A stretch of 45,697 nucleotides of DNA from an uncultured Clostridia bacterium (GTDB lineage: Bacteria; Bacillota; Clostridia; Oscillospirales; Ruminococcaceae). Within the stretch, counting starts at the first letter, position 1. Each line of letters begins with the position of its first letter. Below, piece by piece: positions 38,737 through 45,697 of the stretch. The stretch is from assembly GCA_947427325.1 (NCBI GenBank), contig CANEHP010000001.1, positions 1-45,697 of the forward strand, given 5' to 3'. A program made the translations under genes and the position numbers. The notes beneath the pieces were generated by a model that searched no databases, had not been told where the DNA came from, and saw only the letters and a list, made by a program, of their open reading frames with translations.

Positions 38737-41700
38737 ATGTCCCGTTTAGAGGAAACAAGGAAAATACTTCAAACCGCAGTTGAAAAGCTGCACACGGATA
38801 AGAAATATTTTGTCGAATGGCTTAAGTATTCGGGAAGGTTTTACAAAATTCCCGCAATGCATACAATGACATTATTTGAAAGCAATCCCCAGGCAACAAT
38901 TCTTACGGATTATGATAATTGGAAAAAGTATGGTAATGCAGTTAAATTTCAGGAACGAAGCTCAGCGGCACTGCTTGATAACGGAATTGAGCTTAAGCAC
39001 TACTTTGACATCAGTCAGACAACAGCCAAGGTTATTCCTTTTCAGTGGAGTATCGATAAGGATATTACCGAAGAATTTTTGAAAGATGAAGCAAAGATAA
39101 GCGGCAGGAGTTTCCGAAATATGGCTACCTACATAAATACAGTTGCCATAAATCATATCGCTGATAACGCCGAAGAAATTTTATCAAAATTTCCCATTAA
39201 TGAAGCTGACAGAAAAGCTTTCCTATACTCCGTTTCCACTATGGTGATGACGGTTATCGCCGCACGGTGCGAATATAAAAGCACCTACAAATACAAAACA
39301 CCCGATATTCCTGACCTCTCTGCATTGGATATGCTGAAAACAAATGAGGACATAGTTAAGCTGTGCGACACGGTGCAGCGCAGTGCAAAGGCTATATTAT
39401 CCAAAATGGAGAAATCCATTACGCAAATAATCAATATCAGAACGGAGGCATTAAGAAATGAGCGAAATAGAAATGAGGAAGCTAATCAAGGAATGGAACA
39501 ACAAGTATCCCAACAACAAGGCAGCATCGAAGGAACTTCTGCACGAGGACGAGAAACAGGAAATGATCTGGTGCGAGGAAGCACAGGAATGGTTTCCGAT
39601 GTATACAATGGAGGAGAAGGACAGCGGGACAATAGTGTACAAGCTGAACAGGGAACAGAATTTCACATACAACCCGATATTCTCAGACGTGAAGTCGGAA
39701 ACGGAGGAAATCGGATATTACGGCAGGAAGTGGCAGGAGTTTATGCAGGAGAATTACCCGGACACGGTGCTGACAATGAGTATCAACAGCTTGGATTGGG
39801 AGATGGTATCGAAGAAGGTGGATACCGAAGCGGAGGAGCTTTATCAGACATTGGAGAAACAGTATCTGAAAGCCAATCCACGCCCCACAACGTTTATGGA
39901 GATAGCCAAGTGGGAGAAAATGAAGCAGCTGGAAATCGATCACGAGGTAATGGAATCGGTGGTACTCCAATATCGGGAGAGCTGAAAGGTAATACGGAAA
40001 AAACAGCGGAGGCTTTAAAAGAGGCTTCCGCTGTTTTGCGTGATACATATAGCACAAATCTTCCCACAATTACCTGTGAGTTGAGTGAAAGTTCTTTTTT
40101 TGAAGATGAAAAAGTTTATTCTGTGTACGATTTTGACAGACTTATGAAGCAAGCTGATGATAAACGAGTATTGGGAACAAAGGCAGCGATAGAAAAATAC
40201 GGCTCAAAAGAAGCTTGGTATAACTCACAAGTTGATGATGAATTTACTCAGTTTATGGGGTATGATAAGGTAAAATTTACAATCAATATGCCAAACGGTG
40301 AGCATTATACGGAAAGACAGGATATAGGTGACGGTTATGGCGGTGTTATCAGTTTTTTAAGTCAATATCCTAAATACAATGAAATTATTCCCATTCTTAA
40401 TGAAGCTGTTATACGCCAACAAGAAATAGACGAGCTTAAAATCCGTGATACATATATCACAATAAATGCAGTAAGAATGGGGGATTTTTATGAAATTTTC
40501 GGGGATGAAGCTAAAATTGTCGCCGAAAAATTGGGATTGGCTCTCACATCAAGAAATGGTGAGCCAATGGTGGGATTTCCGCAGCACACATTGGAGCAGT
40601 ACATAGAACGTTTGAAAAATGTGGGACTTACTGTAAACATTACAGATAATGCAGAAAGAAGTTATACCGAAAATGTTAATAATGCCTTTGAAAAGCTGAA
40701 AGAAAAACATACATTCTCACCTGAAGCTAATGAATTTCTTGGCAGAGTTGAAAATCAAATCATAATCAATCACTATGATAGTTTTAACCTCAAAAACCTG
40801 ACAACGCCTTTATTTCAGCAAAAGTATGGAAATATTGAAAGAATAAACGAGATTTTGTTCAAAGGTGAGCTAGCAACAGTAATAAATGAGATAAACGCAT
40901 ATATTAAAGGCGAGACTTTGAGTAAAGAAGCAGAAATTAACACTGACGGTAATCAATGGTTTGTCACCGATAAAAAAGACGGCAATACAATTCTTTATGA
41001 GAAAGAGGATTTCTTCTCCAAAGAAACGCAAACTTATAAAGAATACTTAAAATCTGTTGCGGAAAACAATCCTGATTATGCAGAATATATCAACTCTCAT
41101 ATTCCAAAATTGTTAAAGGATATTGACGACATTGAAGAGTCGCTCGCAAATGAATACAGAGAAGCCGAATATGAAAAGCTTGCTGTTGAATTAGGAGCAG
41201 GAGGCGGTTATGGCGAAGATATGGCTAATTCTGCAGCAGAGAAAAGGCTTGCGCAGCTAAAAGAACTTATTGAAAATAAGGAGTACGATGCCAAACTAAC
41301 ACAAAGCAGTTTCATTGAGATCGCCACTGATTTGTTATCGGCAAATGAAACGGTAGCCAACGCTCACAAAAATGCCACCGAACAAGAATACCGTCTTGAA
41401 ATAACCAAAGGGATCGAGCAGATTTTCACCGAATCCGTTTCAGGTATCCGTGACATCGGATATTCTACCGCCGAAATATCACCGCTGTATAATGCCTTTC
41501 AAAATCAAAAAGATGTAAGGGACTATATAGAAAATATCGTTACGGAAAATGTTGATATTGCTTTGACCGCAGAAGAAAAAAGGATAGAAAATATTCGTCA
41601 ATTTGCAAAAGAGCAGAATATTCCGTTCTCGGAAAAATATGATGACGGAGCAGAAGATTTTGATCCTTACACTGCTGATGGAAGTATGTCTTTTGAGGAT

Positions 41701-44700
41701 TTCCGCAAGCGACAAAAACTGTATATAGAAGATTTTGGTAATAATGAACAAACACAAGACATTGACCTAAAGGCTAATGTCGGCGAATTGCACAATTTCA
41801 CCATTGCCGACCAAAATCTCGGCGCAGGCGGATTAAAAACCAAGTGCGCTGCCAACATAGCCGCTATCAAAACCCTAAAGCAGATCGAAGCCGAAAACCG
41901 AACCGCCACTCCCGAAGAACAGGAAATATTGTCAAAATATGTGGGTTGGGGTGGTATGGCACAGGAAGTTTTCAGCGGTAGCAATGAAAAATGGGCAAAG
42001 GAACACGCTGAGCTTAAAGAGCTGCTTACCGATGAAGAGTATGCAGCTGCACAGGGCAGCACCTTAAATGCCCACTATACCTCACCAACGGTCATAAACG
42101 CTATCTATAAAGCACTTAACAATATGGGATTTAAAAAAGGAAAGGTGCTTGAACCCTCTATGGGTGTCGGCAATTTCTTTGGCTGCTTGCCCGAAAAAAT
42201 GAAAGACAGTGAGTTGTACGGTGTAGAACTTGACAGCATCACAGGAAGAATTGCAAAGCAGCTGTACCCTAATGCCGATATTCAGATAAAAGGCTTTGAA
42301 AAGACTAATTTCCCCGATAACTTCTTCGATGTAGCAATAGGCAATGTTCCTTTTGGCAGCTATGGTATAGCAGACCGACAATATGACAAGCACAATTTTT
42401 ATATTCACGATTACTTTTTTGCAAAGACCTTGGATAAGGTAGCTGAGGGCGGTATTATTGCCTTTATCACTTCCAAAGGCACTCTTGACAAGGCAAATCC
42501 AAAAGTGCGTGAATATATAGCGCAGCGGGCGGATCTGCTTGGGGCAATCAGAATGCCTAATACTGCATTTAAAGGAAACGCAAATACCGAAGTAACGTCC
42601 GATATTATTTTTCTTCAGAAACGTAAAAATGCCCCTGTTAAGACGCCCGATTGGGTATATTTGGGCGAAACTGCTGACGGCGTTCCCATAAATCAGTATT
42701 TTATCGATAACCCCGAAATGATGTTGGGAAAAATGGAGTATTCCGTAAAAATGTATGGCGGCAAAAATACCACCTGCACTCCTTTTGAGGGTGAGAATCT
42801 GTCGGAACAGCTCAACCAAGCAGTATCGAGGTTAAAGACAAATATTGCCCTTAATACACGCACTGAAAAGCAAGAAAAGGCACGAGGACTGATCTCCGCC
42901 ACCGAGGACGTCCGCAATTTTACCCATACAATAATTGACGGTAAAGTGTATTTCCGTGAAAACGACATAATGAAAGAAAAATTCATTAAGGGACAACCCG
43001 TCACAGGAAAGCATTTAGAGCGAATTAAGGGACTTATCGAACTCCGTGAAAAGCTGCGTGAGGTAATAGAAGCTCAGACCGAGGGCTGTACCGATGAGAA
43101 ACTAAAGGAGCTGCAAGGAGATCTGAATGATCTGTACGATAATTTCACCAAAAACAACGGATATATCAACGATAAGGGAAACAGAGATGCTTTCCGAGAA
43201 GATGACGATTATAATACCTTATGCGCACTTGAAATAATAGATCCCGAAAAACACACGGTAACCAAATCCGAGATATTTACCAAGCGCACTGTTAAAACAA
43301 ATAAGGAAATAACCAGCGTTGATACTCCGCAGGAAGCTCTGCAAGTATCTTTGGATATGAAGGGCAGAGTTGATATTCCGTATATGGCAGAATTGTGCGG
43401 AAGCTCTCACGAACAAGTCATTGATCGGCTTGTAAGCGAGGGCATTATTTATTTAAACCCCGAAAATTATGAAGAGGAAGGCATAGGAGCTTATGAGGAA
43501 GCCTCCGAGTATCTTTCGGGAAATGTACGGCAAAAGTTACGCATTGCGGAGCTTGCGGCAGAAAAAAATCCTGAATTATTCAACAGAAATGTCGAAGAGC
43601 TGAAAAAGGTTATTCCGCCTACCATAGAAGCAGGAGAAATTAAAGTTAGATTGGGTGTTTCTTGGGTAGAAACCGAAGATTATCAGCGATTTTTATGTGA
43701 AAAAGCAGAAGCAAAGTTTTCAGGCAATGAAGCAATTCGCCGTACATTTATGGGAGAATACAAAGTGCCAAACAAAAAGGATCAGAGTCTTTCGGCAACC
43801 TCCACCTATGGTACGAAGAGAATGACTTCTTATGAAATATTGGAGCAGTTGCTCAATAACCGTGATATTATTGTCAGAGATGCCGTCATAGATCCCGATG
43901 GAAAAAAGCGTTATATCATAAATAATGAGGAAACGCAGCAAGCGAAAGAAAAAGCAAGAAAAATGCAGAGCAAATTTCAAAAATGGATATGGGAAGATCC
44001 CAAAAGACGTCAAAAATATGTGACAAAATACAATGAGCTTTTCAATTCCATAGTGGGACGCAAATATGACGGATCGCATCAGACCTTTCCCGAAATGTCA
44101 CCGTATATTGAATTGAAACCTCACCAAAAGGACGCTGTGGTGCGGACCAAATACGGCGGTAACACCTTGCTTGCCCACTGTGTAGGCGCAGGAAAGAGCT
44201 TTGAAATGGCTGCTGCGGTAATGGAAAAGAAACGTCTCGGACTGATCAACAAGGCGTGTATGGTCGTTCCCAAGCACCTTGTAGGACAGACAGCTAATGA
44301 ATGGCTGCGGCTTTATCCTCAAGCAATGCTGCTTGTTGCTTCGGAAAAGGATTTCACTGAGGATAACAGGCAGAAATTTATTGCACGATGCTGTACAGGA
44401 GATTATGCGGCGGTCATTATGTCCTATGAGCAGTTTGAAAAGATCCCTATGTCCTTTGAGTACCGTGAAAAATTTATGACCAGAGAAATGGATCTGCTCG
44501 AAAAGGCTATCGAGAATACAGACAAAGATGACAGGTCAACTATAAAGGATCTGGAGAGAGCCAAGAAAAATCTTGAAAAACGTATTGCCAAGCTTCTTGA
44601 CGGCGGAAAAACCAAAGATAGATCTCTGAATTTTGAGCAGCTCGGTTTTGATTGCTTAGTTGTAGATGAAGCCCACAACTATAAAAATGGGCTTGTAGTC

Positions 44701-45697
44701 ACCAAAATGTCAAGGGTTGCGGGTGTACAGACCACTCCTGCGCAAAAATCCGAGGATATTTTGATGAAAACACAATATTTAAACGAAACCTACGGCTGCA
44801 AGAATATTATTTTTGCCACCGGAACGCCTGTCTCCAACAGTATGACAGAGCTGTACACAATGCAGCGGTACTTACGTCCCGATCTGTTTAGTAATGCAGG
44901 CTTACAGAACTTTGACGATTGGGCAAGCAACTTTGGAGAGGTGGTAACGCAGCTTGAGCTTAAACCTGCAGGTGATGGGTACCGCCCGAAGAAGCGGTTT
45001 TCAAAATTCGTTAATTTGCCTGAACTTATGCAGATGTACAAGGAGTTTGCGGATATCCGCACTGCCGATATGCTGAATTTGCCTGTGCCTGAAATTGAGG
45101 AAGGAAAGCCGCAGACGGTCGTATCTAAGCCTAACGACTTTCAAAAATCTGTTCTGCAGATATTGGCTGAACGCTCTGAGCGTATTCATTCGAGAACGGT
45201 AGATCCTCGTGAGGACAATATGCTAAAGATCACCAACGAAGCAAGGCTGTTGGGTCTTGATGCAAGGGCAATCAATCCTGCCGCCGAGAATTACCCCGAC
45301 AGCAAGGTGAATATGTGTATCGACAACATTATGAAGATCTATAAGGAAACCAAGGATCAAAAGGGAGTTCAAGTGGTTTTCTGCGATATTGCCGTAAACG
45401 GCGATGACGGTAGATTTTCGGTTTATGATTATCTTCGTGAAGAGCTGGAAAGGAGAGGTATTCCAAAAGATGAGATATGCGCTGCAGGTGATGCAAAGAA
45501 CCAAAATCAGCGGAATGAAATGTATGCGCAGCTGAGATCAGGCAGTAAACGTATCGTGTTGGCATCAACTACTAAAATGGGAACAGGAGCTAATATACAG
45601 ACACGGTTAGCCGCATTGCACCACCTTGATATTCCTTGGAAGCCCTCGGATGTAGGACGGATTTTGCGGACATTCAAAATAAAAAAGAATGTGGAGG
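38737..45697 (+). CDS. giant polyvalent protein (>2300 aa, open at window end): ArdC-N-like, LPD25-like, MutS-I, N6-adenine methylase, SNF2 helicase (DarB-like)
   Basis: Own translation from ATG 38737 (frame 1), spot-checked; absence from the ORF track agrees with no stop: YFDISQT; GYDKVKF...RQDIGDG; RMGDFYEIFG...MVGFP; KYVGWGG, AHYTS, VLEPSMGVGNF, IGNVPF; HCVGAGKS, VDEAHNYKN, ATGTPVSNS, HHLDIPWKPSD. Confidence 0.93.
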   Translation, partial: MSRLEETRKILQTAVEKLHTDKKYFVEWLKYSGRFYKIPAMHTMTLFESNPQATILTDYDNWKKYGNAVKFQERSSAALLDNGIELKHYFDISQTTAKVIPFQWSIDKDITEEFLKDEAKISGRSFRNMATYINTVAINHIADNAEEILSKFPINEADRKAFLYSVSTMVMTVIAARCEYKSTYKYKTPDIPDLSALDMLKTNEDIVKLCDTVQRSAKAILSKMEKSITQIINIRTEALRNERNRNEEANQGMEQQVSQQQGSIEGTSARGRETGNDLVRGSTGMVSDVYNGGEGQRDNSVQAEQGTEFHIQPDILRREVGNGGNRILRQEVAGVYAGELPGHGADNEYQQLGLGDGIEEGGYRSGGALSDIGETVSESQSTPHNVYGDSQVGENEAAGNRSRGNGIGGTPISGELKGNTEKTAEALKEASAVLRDTYSTNLPTITCELSESSFFEDEKVYSVYDFDRLMKQADDKRVLGTKAAIEKYGSKEAWYNSQVDDEFTQFMGYDKVKFTINMPNGEHYTERQDIGDGYGGVISFLSQYPKYNEIIPILNEAVIRQQEIDELKIRDTYITINAVRMGDFYEIFGDEAKIVAEKLGLALTSRNGEPMVGFPQHTLEQYIERLKNVGLTVNITDNAERSYTENVNNAFEKLKEKHTFSPEANEFLGRVENQIIINHYDSFNLKNLTTPLFQQKYGNIERINEILFKGELATVINEINAYIKGETLSKEAEINTDGNQWFVTDKKDGNTILYEKEDFFSKETQTYKEYLKSVAENNPDYAEYINSHIPKLLKDIDDIEESLANEYREAEYEKLAVELGAGGGYGEDMANSAAEKRLAQLKELIENKEYDAKLTQSSFIEIATDLLSANETVANAHKNATEQEYRLEITKGIEQIFTESVSGIRDIGYSTAEISPLYNAFQNQKDVRDYIENIVTENVDIALTAEEKRIENIRQFAKEQNIPFSEKYDDGAEDFDPYTADGSMSFEDFRKRQKLYIEDFGNNEQTQDIDLKANVGELHNFTIADQNLGAGGLKTKCAANIAAIKTLKQIEAENRTATPEEQEILSKYVGWGGMAQEVFSGSNEKWAKEHAELKELLTDEEYAAAQGSTLNAHYTSPTVINAIYKALNNMGFKKGKVLEPSMGVGNFFGCLPEKMKDSELYGVELDSITGRIAKQLYPNADIQIKGFEKTNFPDNFFDVAIGNVPFGSYGIADRQYDKHNFYIHDYFFAKTLDKVAEGGIIAFITSKGTLDKANPKVREYIAQRADLLGAIRMPNTAFKGNANTEVTSDIIFLQKRKNAPVKTPDWVYLGETADGVPINQYFIDNPEMMLGKMEYSVKMYGGKNTTCTPFEGENLSEQLNQAVSRLKTNIALNTRTEKQEKARGLISATEDVRNFTHTIIDGKVYFRENDIMKEKFIKGQPVTGKHLERIKGLIELREKLREVIEAQTEGCTDEKLKELQGDLNDLYDNFTKNNGYINDKGNRDAFREDDDYNTLCALEIIDPEKHTVTKSEIFTKRTVKTNKEITSVDTPQEALQVSLDMKGRVDIPYMAELCGSSHEQVIDRLVSEGIIYLNPENYEEEGIGAYEEASEYLSGNVRQKLRIAELAAEKNPELFNRNVEELKKVIPPTIEAGEIKVRLGVSWVETEDYQRFLCEKAEAKFSGNEAIRRTFMGEYKVPNKKDQSLSATSTYGTKRMTSYEILEQLLNNRDIIVRDAVIDPDGKKRYIINNEETQQAKEKARKMQSKFQKWIWEDPKRRQKYVTKYNELFNSIVGRKYDGSHQTFPEMSPYIELKPHQKDAVVRTKYGGNTLLAHCVGAGKSFEMAAAVMEKKRLGLINKACMVVPKHLVGQTANEWLRLYPQAMLLVASEKDFTEDNRQKFIARCCTGDYAAVIMSYEQFEKIPMSFEYREKFMTREMDLLEKAIENTDKDDRSTIKDLERAKKNLEKRIAKLLDGGKTKDRSLNFEQLGFDCLVVDEAHNYKNGLVVTKMSRVAGVQTTPAQKSEDILMKTQYLNETYGCKNIIFATGTPVSNSMTELYTMQRYLRPDLFSNAGLQNFDDWASNFGEVVTQLELKPAGDGYRPKKRFSKFVNLPELMQMYKEFADIRTADMLNLPVPEIEEGKPQTVVSKPNDFQKSVLQILAERSERIHSRTVDPREDNMLKITNEARLLGLDARAINPAAENYPDSKVNMCIDNIMKIYKETKDQKGVQVVFCDIAVNGDDGRFSVYDYLREELERRGIPKDEICAAGDAKNQNQRNEMYAQLRSGSKRIVLASTTKMGTGANIQTRLAALHHLDIPWKPSDVGRILRTFKIKKNVE
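39458..39985 (+). CDS. TnpV-like protein nested in the +1 frame of the giant gene
   Basis: GGAGG 10 nt before ATG; IGYYGRKWQEFMQENYP...VDTEAEELYQTLEKQYLK...WEKMKQLEIDHEVMESVV resembles the TnpV family pattern. Confidence 0.75.
   Translation: MSEIEMRKLIKEWNNKYPNNKAASKELLHEDEKQEMIWCEEAQEWFPMYTMEEKDSGTIVYKLNREQNFTYNPIFSDVKSETEEIGYYGRKWQEFMQENYPDTVLTMSINSLDWEMVSKKVDTEAEELYQTLEKQYLKANPRPTTFMEIAKWEKMKQLEIDHEVMESVVLQYRES
40000..40037 (+). terminator. hairpin/terminator inside the giant CDS, just after the nested gene
   Basis: AAAACAGCGGAGGCTTT-AAAA-GAGGCTTCCGCTGTTTT: 17-bp stem whose three non-Watson-Crick pairs are all G-U on the + strand. Confidence 0.65.

Larger units (their letters stand above)
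4343..45697. mobile_element. integrative conjugative element inserted in tRNA-Thr(GGT); continues beyond the window
   Basis: tRNA 3' fragment, tyrosine integrase, ParAB, VirD4/VirB4/VirB6/PrgI, TopB and methylase-SNF2 gene, all co-oriented; relaxase and other att site are not in the window. Confidence 0.92.

Noticed and set aside
4520-45697. Relaxase, sortase, PilB or prepilin peptidase genes
   Set aside because: Looked for their motifs in the ORFs and found none; they may lie outside the window

Overview
Low-GC Firmicutes (Clostridia-like) chromosome. Positions 1-4340 are host sequence: ychF, a small ADP-ribosyltransferase-like gene, an XRE/TPR regulator and an exact 724-bp tandem duplication. 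From a 45-bp tRNA-Thr(GGT) 3' fragment (att site, 4343-4387) to the window end lies one large integrative conjugative element (ICE). In order it carries: a tyrosine integrase; parAB running into a transglutaminase-lipoprotein + PilC + four pilin-like genes + PilT operon with no PilB or prepilin peptidase; an Rpn (PD-(D/E)XK) gene followed by an exact extra copy of its C-terminal cassette; a lipoprotein; a 2659-aa thioester/isopeptide/ester-bond adhesin; a Gram-positive T4SS module (VirD4, VirB2-, VirB6-, PrgI, VirB4-like); topoisomerase III; and a >2300-codon polyvalent ArdC-N/MutS-I/N6-methylase/SNF2 protein. That last gene is missing from the ORF track because it has no stop in the window. 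Main finds: a TnpV-like gene with its own RBS and hairpin fully nested out of frame in the giant gene; an 18-bp palindrome scattered about 10 times along the ICE (candidate parS); the PilT-only filament operon; the Rpn C-terminal cassette array; an HsdR-C-terminus-like domain in the polyvalent protein; and a probable second element inserted in the SNF2 domain at the window end. All family assignments come from motif recognition by eye, not from database searches.
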